Virus record (IMG/VR): IMGVR_UViG_3300020190_000242
Coordinates: 1-31,208 of that record
Length of the DNA stretch: 31,208 nt
Direction: 5' to 3' (one strand)
Source: a virus
Taxonomy: Duplodnaviria; Caudoviricetes
Positions 19,235-27,791 of this stretch are shown one piece after another; position 1 is the first letter of the stretch; every line of letters starts with the position of its first letter. Position numbers and translations under genes: made by a program. The notes beneath the pieces are model-generated. The model was not told where the DNA came from. It saw nothing but the letters and a program-made list of their open reading frames with translations, and made no database searches.

Positions 19235-19408
19235 TTACCATTTACCTACAGGACAATTAATTAAATCTTGATTTACAAGATGTTTAACCTTTTGTTCACA
19301 AATTCCGCATTTGATTTCTTTTTCTATGTAAAATGCGCATAATTTACAGATATTAAACCGCTTGAGCGCGAGTGAGTCTATCGGATACTCTCTTTTCTCT
19401 ACTTGCAT
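19235..19408 (-). CDS. 57-aa Cys-rich putative metal-binding protein (DUF6171-like)
   Basis: Hand translation: MQVEKREYPIDSLALKRFNICKLCAFYIEKEIKCGICEQKVKHLVNQDLINCPVGKW; fills the gap exactly and abuts the next ATG. Below the ORF-track cutoff. Confidence 0.8.
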   Translation of the reverse strand: MQVEKREYPIDSLALKRFNICKLCAFYIEKEIKCGICEQKVKHLVNQDLINCPVGKW

Positions 19409-19414
19409 ATTTAG

Positions 19415-20011
19415 TTATTTAAATTTAGGACCAGAAACCCAAATAACAAGAGATCTACGAATGCCAGATGTGACAGGTGTTACTCGATGTAACATCCAAG
19501 ATGGAAATGCATATAGCAATCCCTTTTGTTTTTTGGCTTTTATTGGTTCAGCTGATACAAAAAACTCTAAATCCCCACCCTCATACTCATTTGGATCTGA
19601 TAACTGCAATACTAATGAAAGTTTACGTGGTGTTTCGCGTGATCCTCTATCAATATGCCAAGTATAGTGATCCCCTGCGCCATCGTATACTGTATATTGA
19701 AAATCTTCAACAAACCCATCTAAACTAAAATCGTAGAATTGTCCATTGAGATGTCTGCAAATATATGCTAATGAATCATATAACCAAGTCGTCTCATTGT
19801 TAAGTTGTATCCAAGAAGTTTTAGATTTTCTAATTTCAGATATAACTTTTCTTTCATTTTCTGTACCAACAATTGCTTCCTTTGGTCGCAAACTCTCACC
19901 AATGCGAACAATATCATTAATTTGAGAGTCGGTGAATCCATTTTCCCAAAATGTAAATGTTTGTTCTCTTGTCGATAAATCAGGCGATGGCGCAAAAAAG
20001 TATGTGCTCAT
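19415..20011 (-). CDS. 2OG-Fe(II) oxygenase, PKHD / prolyl-4-hydroxylase-like
   Basis: Y.WHID (HxD), RKLSLVLQL, YEGG.L, FPS..LHRVTPVT.G.R.SLV.W (distal His and 2OG-binding Arg). Confidence 0.92.
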   Translation of the reverse strand: MSTYFFAPSPDLSTREQTFTFWENGFTDSQINDIVRIGESLRPKEAIVGTENERKVISEIRKSKTSWIQLNNETTWLYDSLAYICRHLNGQFYDFSLDGFVEDFQYTVYDGAGDHYTWHIDRGSRETPRKLSLVLQLSDPNEYEGGDLEFFVSAEPIKAKKQKGLLYAFPSWMLHRVTPVTSGIRRSLVIWVSGPKFK

Positions 20012-20736
20012 TACTTTCTACTCCAAATAAAATCTCTATAAATGCTTTCGTGCGCTTTTCTTCTCGCTCTTGTTGTGTTCAAATCTTTATGATCTTTTTT
20101 ATTAAATGGTCTAATTCTTGATTTTGTAATTAATCCATCTCGTTTAATTGGTATTGCTTGCACCATTGGAGTTCCAGCCTCAATCATGCCAGTATAGTTT
20201 GGTAAATGAAAAAAGAATGGAAAGTTAATGTATTCAAAGTAACCATCACAATCAACAAATCCTGACATACAAGTAAATTTTGGATCTTGACGATTTAATG
20301 GTGGCACAAATAAAACTGAATATCCTTTCGGAACTTTGATTGCCCACCAATTCAAAAATTTCATTGGTGGTTTCGGCATCATTGGATGCGGTGTTCGTTT
20401 GGTACTTATTTGATCAGCATTGTGATTTTCTACAAGAGTCCTTGTGAAAGTCCACTTGTAATTTACACCGCTCGCATCTGTATTTGTGATGAACTCCACA
20501 TCACCGCAAAGTGGAATAATCCAACCAACAGACATTGCATCAAGAACAGGCGCACAACGCTTGATTGTGCTGTTCTCAATTTTATTTTCGCGATTAATTT
20601 TTGGTGGTAATTCTTTGTACCACTCTGGCATCATTTTGCGCGCGGGATATGGCTCAGGCATTGTGCCATATAATTCTTCTTCACACAAGAATTCAATTTC
20701 TGGAGTTTTAATTACAGACTTTAATTTCGAAAACAT
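20011..20736 (-). CDS. Conserved phage hypothetical protein (TIKRC.P..DAM..G family, DUF6065-like / dUTPase-like beta fold)
   Basis: PEWYK, TIKRCAPVLDAMSVGWIIPL, KFLN.W, G.VD.D, AGTP.VQ.IP motifs; GAGG SD favours ATG at 20736. Confidence 0.7.
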   Translation of the reverse strand: MFSKLKSVIKTPEIEFLCEEELYGTMPEPYPARKMMPEWYKELPPKINRENKIENSTIKRCAPVLDAMSVGWIIPLCGDVEFITNTDASGVNYKWTFTRTLVENHNADQISTKRTPHPMMPKPPMKFLNWWAIKVPKGYSVLFVPPLNRQDPKFTCMSGFVDCDGYFEYINFPFFFHLPNYTGMIEAGTPMVQAIPIKRDGLITKSRIRPFNKKDHKDLNTTRARRKAHESIYRDFIWSRK

Positions 20737-20769
20737 GTTCACCTCACCAATCCATAATTATATATGGAT

Positions 20770-20777
20770 TATTTACA
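20770..20777 (-). promoter_or_regulatory. Possible late promoter variant TGTAAATA for the enzyme cassette
   Basis: 7/8 match to TATAAATA in the gap between the Gly-rich gene and the enzyme cassette. Confidence 0.4.
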
Positions 20778-20786
20778 TAAAGCAAA

Positions 20787-23700
20787 TTATTGATTTGGCC
20801 AAGAGATCGTAATCGATCCTGTTCCAGCACCAGTTCCTACTGAAATTGTACTTGTTGCGCCTTGTGATACTGATTTTTGCATTGTAGAAGAAGAATTGGT
20901 TGTGCTAGCTGCGCTTCCAGAACCTCCTGGTTGACCAGAAGTTGCTCCAGTTCCTGCAGAGCCAGCATTACCTGCTGATCCATTTGAGCCAGCTGCACCA
21001 TTACCGCCAGCGTTTCCTGGTTGCCCTGCTGCTCCTGGTTGACCAGAGGTTGCTCCAGTTCCTGCAGCGCCAGTATTTCCAGCAGCACCATTTGCTCCTG
21101 CTGATCCTGGTTGTCCAGCTGCTCCTGAAGTTGCTCCAGATCCTGCAGCACCAGTATTTCCAGCAGTTCCGTTAGCACCAGCTGCTCCTGGTTGTCCAGC
21201 TGCTCCTGAAGTTGCTCCAGATCCTGCGCCTCCGATAGTGCCTGGTGCACCATTGGCACCTGCTGATCCAGGTTGTCCTGCAGCACCATTTGTTGCTCCG
21301 CTGCCACCTGCGCCTGTATTGCCTGCGACACCATTGGCACCCGCACTACCTGGTTGTCCTGCTGATCCTGATGTTGCACCAGAACCGCCTGCACCAGTAT
21401 TACCTGCTGTGCCATTGGCACCTGCTGATCCAGGTTGTCCTGCAGCACCATTATTTGCTCCAGATCCAGCATTTCCTGGTTGCCCTGCTGCTCCAGCATT
21501 TCCATTGGCTCCAGCATTTCCTGGTTGTCCAGCATTACCACCAGCACCGTTTGTGGCACCACTTCCACCACCACCAGTATTTCCTCCAGCTCCTGCTGAT
21601 CCTGGTTGACCAGCAGATCCATTAGAACCAGCAGCTGCGAGATCGGTGCTGGCTGGTCCTCCTCCACCGCCAGCACCGGATCCTGGATTTCCTCCAGCAC
21701 CTCCTGCCGAACCTGGTTGTCCGTCCGCAGTATGAGTTATTGGGATCCAAGGACTATAAGTCTCTGACATTCCAGCACCACCACCGCCGCCACCGCCGCC
21801 GCCACCGCCACCACCTGGTGTTCCTGCATTTCCTGGTGATCCTGGATTACCTGCCGAACCACCACTACCACCATTACCAGCTGCGCCACCATTGCCATTA
21901 TTACCTGTATTTCCTGGCTGACCTGTTGCACCAACATTACCTGGATTTCCAGCATTACCTTGCGCACCACCAGCTCCACCAGCACCATTAGTGCCTGGAT
22001 TGCCTGAATTGCCTTGAGCACCTGGATTGCCAGCAGAACCACCAGCTCCACCTGCACCGCCAGCTCCATTATTTCCTGGTTGCCCTGCATTACCTAGTGC
22101 ACCTGGATTACCTGCCGAGCCACCAGCTCCACCAGCACCTCCAGCACCATTGTTTCCTGGTTGACCAGTATTTCCTTGAGCACCTGGATTGCCAGCAGAA
22201 CCTCCTGCGCCTCCAGCTCCACCAGCACCATTAGTGCCTGGATTGCCTGAATTGCCTTGAGCACCTGGATTGCCAGCAGAACCACCAGCTCCACCTGCAC
22301 CTCCCGCTCCGTTGTTTCCTGGTTGTCCAGTATTTCCTTGTGCGCCTGAATTTCCTGCTGCACCACCCGCACCACCTGCACCGCCAGATCCACCATTTCC
22401 AGCATCACCATTTGTTCCTGGTTGACCTGCTGTTCCAGCGTTTCCTGGTTGACCAATATTACCTGCTGCTCCAGCAGCACCAGCGTTACCGCCAGAACCG
22501 CCTGGAAGAGAAACTGTTGTAAATGTAACAGATGAACCTGCTACAAAAGTTGTTGCATTTCCTGCATTACCTGCGGAGCCAGCAGATCCTGCTGCTCCAG
22601 GATTTCCGGCATTGCCTGGTTGACCTGATGTGCCAGGATTTGCTCCAGTACCAGCATTACCTGCTGCGCCTGTTGATCCTGGTGTTCCAGAGTTGCCATT
22701 TGCCCCCGCAGCTCCAGGTTGTCCTGCAGATCCTGGTGTTGCTCCTGTTCCTGCCGCTCCTGTATTGCCAGCAGCACCTGCTGAACCTGCATTTCCTGGT
22801 TGTCCTGCTGAACCAGATGTAGCGCCTGATCCTGCAGCACCAGTATTACCTGCTGTGCCATTGGCACCTGCTGATCCTGGTTGACCCGCAGCCCCCGAAG
22901 TTGCTCCAGATCCCGCAGCGCCAGTATTTCCTGCCGCGCCATTTGCACCTGCAGCTCCAGGTTGTCCCGCTTGACCAATATTAGCGCCAGAACCAGCAGC
23001 ACCAGTATTACCTGCTGCTCCAGCAGATCCTGCATTTCCTGGTTGTCCGCTCGCGCCAGGATTTGCTCCAGAACCACCACCGCCAGTATTTCCAGCATTT
23101 CCGTTTGCACCAGCATTTCCTGGCTGGCCAGCAGATCCTGGTTGTCCACCAGTTGCACCTGAGCCTCCGCTTCCAGGATTACCTGCTGCACCTGTGTTTC
23201 CTGCTGCACCTGCATTACCACCAGAACCAGGATTTCCTGATCCACCTGATCCAGCATTTCCACCGTTACCAGCATTACCGCCATAATTAAGTAAAGTTCC
23301 TGGATATCCTGGTGATGCAGGATTACCGCCACCTTGACCATAAGTCCCACTTGCACCATAATTTGGATATCCGATATTTCCTGTAGGATTGCCATTTGTT
23401 CCTGTGTTTCCATTATTTCCTGGTGTGGTTGAACTTGGTTGTGTAAATACTGACCAGCCACCTTGTCCACCACCACCTGCATTGCCGCCGTTTGCACCAG
23501 CACCACCTGCACCACCATTTCCGTTGCTACCAGCATTACCAGTCGCACCAGCATTTCCTGCGTTTCCTGGATTGCCAGCATTTCCTCTAGCACCGCCTGG
23601 ACCTCCAGCACCACCGTTTCCGTTAGTTCCAGGATTTCCTGAGTTTCCTGTAGCACCTGAATTGCCAGCAGAGCCTCCTGCGCCACCAGCACCACCGTTT

Positions 23701-24299
23701 CCATTTGAACCAGGTTGTCCAGTGTTGCCTTGTGCTCCAGGGTTGCCAGCATTTCCTCTGGCGCCACCAGCACCGCCAGCTCCGTTGTTTCCTGGCTGTC
23801 CTGTGTTGCCCTGCGCGCCTGGATTACCTGCTGAACCTCCAGCACCACCTGCTCCGCCAGCACCATTTGAGCCAGGTTGACCTGTGTTACCTTGAGCACC
23901 TGAATTGCCAGCAGAGCCTCCTGCGCCACCAGCACCACCGTTTCCATTTGAACCAGGTTGTCCAGTGTTTCCTATTGCTCCGGAATTGCCAGCAGAACCC
24001 CCTGCACCACCAGCACCACCCGCACCATTATTACCTGCATTTCCTGGCTGACCTGTTGAACCTTGTGCTCCTGGATTACCAGCATTACCAGCAGTACCAC
24101 CTGTACCAGCAGAACCACCATTACCTCCGACGCCATTATTTCCAGGATTACCTGCAGTACCAGCATTACCTGTACCACCTGTACCAGAAATTGTAATTCG
24201 TCGAACGCCAAATGGAATGTACCATGTTCCGTTCGTTGAAAATGTAACGGAACCTGCTTTTACTCTCGTTTTTCGAAGAGTCGTCGCTGCTAATGGCAT
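20787..24299 (-). CDS. 1170-aa glycine-rich (G-X-X) virion fibre/adhesin candidate
   Basis: Gly at nearly every third residue with 27-aa higher-order repeats; beta-strand-like termini (TFSTNGTWYIP...ITISG; TISVG...GSITISW) typical of phage Gly-rich domains. Confidence 0.85.
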   Translation of the reverse strand: MPLAATTLRKTRVKAGSVTFSTNGTWYIPFGVRRITISGTGGTGNAGTAGNPGNNGVGGNGGSAGTGGTAGNAGNPGAQGSTGQPGNAGNNGAGGAGGAGGSAGNSGAIGNTGQPGSNGNGGAGGAGGSAGNSGAQGNTGQPGSNGAGGAGGAGGSAGNPGAQGNTGQPGNNGAGGAGGARGNAGNPGAQGNTGQPGSNGNGGAGGAGGSAGNSGATGNSGNPGTNGNGGAGGPGGARGNAGNPGNAGNAGATGNAGSNGNGGAGGAGANGGNAGGGGQGGWSVFTQPSSTTPGNNGNTGTNGNPTGNIGYPNYGASGTYGQGGGNPASPGYPGTLLNYGGNAGNGGNAGSGGSGNPGSGGNAGAAGNTGAAGNPGSGGSGATGGQPGSAGQPGNAGANGNAGNTGGGGSGANPGASGQPGNAGSAGAAGNTGAAGSGANIGQAGQPGAAGANGAAGNTGAAGSGATSGAAGQPGSAGANGTAGNTGAAGSGATSGSAGQPGNAGSAGAAGNTGAAGTGATPGSAGQPGAAGANGNSGTPGSTGAAGNAGTGANPGTSGQPGNAGNPGAAGSAGSAGNAGNATTFVAGSSVTFTTVSLPGGSGGNAGAAGAAGNIGQPGNAGTAGQPGTNGDAGNGGSGGAGGAGGAAGNSGAQGNTGQPGNNGAGGAGGAGGSAGNPGAQGNSGNPGTNGAGGAGGAGGSAGNPGAQGNTGQPGNNGAGGAGGAGGSAGNPGALGNAGQPGNNGAGGAGGAGGSAGNPGAQGNSGNPGTNGAGGAGGAQGNAGNPGNVGATGQPGNTGNNGNGGAAGNGGSGGSAGNPGSPGNAGTPGGGGGGGGGGGGGAGMSETYSPWIPITHTADGQPGSAGGAGGNPGSGAGGGGGPASTDLAAAGSNGSAGQPGSAGAGGNTGGGGSGATNGAGGNAGQPGNAGANGNAGAAGQPGNAGSGANNGAAGQPGSAGANGTAGNTGAGGSGATSGSAGQPGSAGANGVAGNTGAGGSGATNGAAGQPGSAGANGAPGTIGGAGSGATSGAAGQPGAAGANGTAGNTGAAGSGATSGAAGQPGSAGANGAAGNTGAAGTGATSGQPGAAGQPGNAGGNGAAGSNGSAGNAGSAGTGATSGQPGGSGSAASTTNSSSTMQKSVSQGATSTISVGTGAGTGSITISWPNQ
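20916..24185. repeat. Two classes of degenerate 81-bp (27-aa) repeats in four blocks
   Basis: Class A GAGGAGGAGGSAGNPGAQGNTGQPGNN; class B GSGATSGAAGQPGSAGANGTAGNTGAA. Confidence 0.9.
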
Positions 24300-24316
24300 T
24301 TAAATCAACCTTTTAA

Positions 24317-24664
24317 TTAAGCAGGTTGAACAATCTTATCAAGATTTGCCATCAATTGAGAACTTTGAAGTTCTGTTAAACCTTCTACAGCATTTGTGGC
24401 TACATCGTCAGTGTCATACACACCTTCCCAATGAACGATTGGGAGTTTTGTGAATGTCTTATGCGACATTGTTTCGCCATCATAATAGTTCCAAGTGCCT
24501 AGAGCTGAATACAAACCTTCGAGAGTTGAATCATCGCTCCAGTTTAAATGTTGAAATGGAACATTGTTATCTTTGAGAAGTTTAACAGCATTCCAGCACT
24601 CACCAGCATCTGCAGTCATTGCAGTATAAACAGTGATCTTCTTAATTTTAACTAAATTAGCCAT
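24317..24664 (-). CDS. Glutaredoxin/thioredoxin-fold-like protein with a single Cys
   Basis: ITVYT.....AGECWNAVKLLKDNNVPF..LN and TKLPIV (cis-Pro-like) pattern; AGGAGG SD. Confidence 0.55.
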   Translation of the reverse strand: MANLVKIKKITVYTAMTADAGECWNAVKLLKDNNVPFQHLNWSDDSTLEGLYSALGTWNYYDGETMSHKTFTKLPIVHWEGVYDTDDVATNAVEGLTELQSSQLMANLDKIVQPA

Positions 24665-24678
24665 TGTACAATAACCTC

Positions 24679-25083
24679 CTAACGTCCAAGATTGGCTAGG
24701 GCATGCGAAGCGTAATACGTTTCGCCGCCATCAAATGTCATCAATGTAATTACATCAGCAAAATCTGGTTTTGATGAGAGTATTGCAACTTCACCAAAAG
24801 ACCAGAAAACGTTTTCAGGAAATACAACCTTACGATTTCCCATGTTATCTTGCTTTAATATTAATGTGCAAGAATAACTTTTATCTGCTTCTGGCAAATT
24901 ATCGAACGAAATATTTATAATATTTTTTCTCAGTGTAATATGAAAAACATTTGATTCTCGTAGATCAAGAATCTCAATATTATTTACCGCATTTATTTTA
25001 GTAATCTTCTCGCGATACGCTTTTAATACGCCTTCAAATGTATCGAGACGATTTTTGCGAAGTGAAACTACATTTCCGTCCAT
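24679..25083 (-). CDS. Stand-alone copy of the fibre C-terminal beta domain
   Basis: Aligns by eye with the C-terminus of the upstream collagen protein (NVF.ITL, TLILKQ, V.F...V.WS..EV..LSS, DVITL.T..GG.TY...HA.AN). Confidence 0.8.
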   Translation of the reverse strand: MDGNVVSLRKNRLDTFEGVLKAYREKITKINAVNNIEILDLRESNVFHITLRKNIINISFDNLPEADKSYSCTLILKQDNMGNRKVVFPENVFWSFGEVAILSSKPDFADVITLMTFDGGETYYASHALANLGR

Positions 25084-25098
25084 TTTATTTTCCTCTTA

Positions 25099-27426
25099 TC
25101 AGTAAGATACGTTAGCCATAGCATGTGCGCCAAAGTATGTAGCACCATTATTAACAGTAAACAAAGTAATCACATCAAGTTTGCTGGCGATTCCAGAAGA
25201 CAATGTAGGAACTTCGGCATTCGACCAGTATACAGTATTTGCAAATGTAACAACATTTGCTGCAGTTCCAGGCTGTCTTAGGATTAGCGTTAATGGGCTA
25301 GACTTACCTGAAGCAGCAACGCTTGTAAATGTAATTGCTACAGTTGATGCTTGAAGCGTGAGATCAAAAATATTGTTTCCAGAAGCATCAGCTGTAAATG
25401 TCGAACCAGTAATTGTTGCACTGTTTGTGCGTTCAATATATCCATACAATTCAACACCACCAGAAGCCATTGGTCCTTGTGGACCTTGAGGACCTTGTGG
25501 TCCAGTCACACCCTGTGGTCCTTGCGGTCCCTGTGGTCCTTGTGGTCCAGTCACACCCTGTGGTCCTTGTGGTCCCTGTGGACCTTGTGGACCAGTTACA
25601 CCTTGCGGTCCTTGTGGTCCCTGAGGACCAGTGACGCCTTGTGGTCCTTGTGGACCTTGTGGACCAGTAACACCTTGCGGTCCTTGTGGTCCCTGAGGAC
25701 CAGTGTCGCCTTGTGGTCCTTGTGGTCCAGGAACGTTCGAAACACCAGCTGGTCCTTGTGGACCTTGAGGTCCAGTATCACCTTGTGAACCTTGTGGACC
25801 TTGAGGTCCAGTCACACCTTGTGGACCTTGCGGACCTTGTGGACCAGTCACACCTTGTGGACCTTGTGGACCAGTCACACCTTGTGGACCTTGTGGACCT
25901 TGCGGACCCTGTGGACCTGTTGGTCCTGGGACGTTAGACACACCGCTTGGTCCCTGTGGACCTTGAGGTCCAGTATCACCTTGTGGACCTTGTGGTCCTT
26001 GCGGACCAGTCACACCTTGTGGACCCTGTGGTCCTTGCGGACCTTGTGGTCCCTGTGGTCCTTGAGGACCTGCATCACCCTTGTCACCAGTTCTTGCAAA
26101 TGTAATAATAACATTTGTTGAATCTGGGAATGTTGTTACGCCAGTTGTGTGCGCAACAGGAACATAGAAGTAACTTGAAGTGTGATCATGCAATCCATTA
26201 ATACTAAAGAATGCAAACTCATTAATGTTTGCACTATTTGCTAACTTAAATGTTCCTTTGATTGTTGAAGTAGAGTCGTCAATTGTTTGTAGATAATTAA
26301 ATACATTTGCTGAATTTTGATCAATGAAATCAATATACAATGTTGTTGCTGTCGAGAAAGATGCGCTATTGAATTTTAAATTTGATGATCCAGGATCTGA
26401 GTTTGCTGTGTTTGTTAGATACACAAACTCAAATGTTGCGCCACCGAATTCGCCAGTGTCACCCTTTGCTCCTTGAGGACCTTGCGGTCCTTGTGGACCC
26501 TGTGGTCCTTGTGGACCTTGTGGACCCTGTGGACCAGTAACACCAATCACACCTTGTGGACCTTGCGGACCTTGTGGTCCTTGCGGTCCAGTTAAACCAA
26601 TTGGACCTTGTGGTCCTGTTGGTCCAGGAACATTTGAGACACCAGATGGTCCTTGAGGACCTTGTGGACCTTCAACTCCTTGTGGTCCTTGTGGACCAAT
26701 AACACCTTGTGGTCCTTGTGGTCCTTGTGGACCCTGTGGACCTTGTGGACCAGGAACATTCGAAACACCACTTGGTCCTTGTGGACCTTCTGGACCCTGT
26801 GGACCTGTTGGTCCTGGAACATTCGAAACACCACTTGGTCCTTGTGGACCTTGCGGTCCTTGTGGTCCTGTTGGTCCAGGAACATTTGAAACGCCAGCTG
26901 GTCCTTGTGGACCCTCAACTCCTTGTGGTCCCTGAGGACCTTGTGGACCCTGTGGACCAGTCACACCTTGCGGACCTTGTGGTCCTTGAGGTCCTGTTAC
27001 TCCTTGTGGACCCTGCGGTCCTTGTGGTCCTTGAGGACCAGTGTCGCCAATGACACCTTGTGAACCCTGCGGACCTTGTGGACCTTGTGGTCCAGTTACA
27101 CCTTGAGGACCTTGTGGACCAGTGATACCCTGTGGTCCTTGTGGACCAATGTCGCCAGTCACACCTTGTGGTCCTTGTGGACCAGTTACACCTTGCGGAC
27201 CTTGTGCACCAGTTACACCCTGCGGTCCTTGTGGACCTTGTGGACCAGTTGCACCTTGTGATCCTTGAGAACCAGTCACACCTTGCGGACCTTGAGGTCC
27301 TTGTGGACCAACACCCTGTGGACCTTGTGGACCCTGCGGTCCTTGTGGACCTTGCGGACCTTGTGGACCGCGTGCAATTTGCAAAACATTTACAGATTGG
27401 CTTTGCTGTTTAACTGTAACTGCCAT
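25099..27426 (-). CDS. Collagen-like tail fibre protein (two G-X-Y blocks, central and C-terminal globular domains)
   Basis: GPQ/GVT/GDT triplets at ~26450-27370 and ~25470-26085, a central beta-rich domain, and a ~120-aa C-terminal domain. Confidence 0.92.
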   Translation of the reverse strand: MAVTVKQQSQSVNVLQIARGPQGPQGPQGPQGPQGPQGVGPQGPQGPQGVTGSQGSQGATGPQGPQGPQGVTGAQGPQGVTGPQGPQGVTGDIGPQGPQGITGPQGPQGVTGPQGPQGPQGSQGVIGDTGPQGPQGPQGPQGVTGPQGPQGPQGVTGPQGPQGPQGPQGVEGPQGPAGVSNVPGPTGPQGPQGPQGPSGVSNVPGPTGPQGPEGPQGPSGVSNVPGPQGPQGPQGPQGPQGVIGPQGPQGVEGPQGPQGPSGVSNVPGPTGPQGPIGLTGPQGPQGPQGPQGVIGVTGPQGPQGPQGPQGPQGPQGPQGAKGDTGEFGGATFEFVYLTNTANSDPGSSNLKFNSASFSTATTLYIDFIDQNSANVFNYLQTIDDSTSTIKGTFKLANSANINEFAFFSINGLHDHTSSYFYVPVAHTTGVTTFPDSTNVIITFARTGDKGDAGPQGPQGPQGPQGPQGPQGVTGPQGPQGPQGDTGPQGPQGPSGVSNVPGPTGPQGPQGPQGPQGVTGPQGPQGVTGPQGPQGPQGVTGPQGPQGSQGDTGPQGPQGPAGVSNVPGPQGPQGDTGPQGPQGPQGVTGPQGPQGPQGVTGPQGPQGPQGVTGPQGPQGPQGPQGVTGPQGPQGPQGPQGVTGPQGPQGPQGPMASGGVELYGYIERTNSATITGSTFTADASGNNIFDLTLQASTVAITFTSVAASGKSSPLTLILRQPGTAANVVTFANTVYWSNAEVPTLSSGIASKLDVITLFTVNNGATYFGAHAMANVSY

Positions 27427-27758
27427 TATTTTGTAACCTGTGGATACACCGTGATAATACCCTCAATAAGGCGAGTTACATTGTTGCTATTGACTTCTTT
27501 AATATCGTAGAGATATCTTCCAGGGCGAATATTTGCAGTCACAGCTGAATTTGCATTTGCATAAATGAAACCATTAGCAGCATCAGCGGCTGTAATTGAT
27601 AGATTTGCAGTAACAGAAGAAGAATAATAGGACTTGCGAATTGATGATGTGAATGTAGAGTTCGCAACGTTTCTTGTAGAACCGTCTTCGTTAATTACAG
27701 TAATATCCACGCCAAAGGAAGTTCCTTGGTCCATTGATAATTCTACATACTGCGCCAT
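27426..27758 (-). CDS. Small virion structural / fibre-attachment protein
   Basis: [31 protein letters not shown] motifs seen in small structural proteins of T4-like aquatic phages; TAATG-coupled to the collagen gene. Confidence 0.75.
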   Translation of the reverse strand: MAQYVELSMDQGTSFGVDITVINEDGSTRNVANSTFTSSIRKSYYSSSVTANLSITAADAANGFIYANANSAVTANIRPGRYLYDIKEVNSNNVTRLIEGIITVYPQVTK

Positions 27759-27779
27759 CTATCATATCCTATTTTTTTA

Positions 27780-27787
27780 TATTTATT
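27780..27787 (-). promoter_or_regulatory. Late promoter variant AATAAATA
   Basis: Lies in the 33-bp gap upstream of the 110-aa gene. Confidence 0.6.
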
Positions 27788-27791
27788 GAGT

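Noticed and set aside
442-19995. Short plus-strand and nested ORFs in the ORF track
   Set aside because: They overlap well-supported minus-strand genes and have no recognisable motifs.
24679-25460. Possible diversity-generating retroelement TR/VR pair
   Set aside because: Similarity is at protein level only, not near-identity with adenine-specific mismatches; no reverse transcriptase in the window.
20837-27510. Many long alternative-frame and antisense ORFs (e.g. 468 aa at 22541-23947, 287 aa at 20837-21700)
   Set aside because: They are shadows of stop-poor Gly/Pro codon repeats, coincide with the repeat blocks and have no independent signals.
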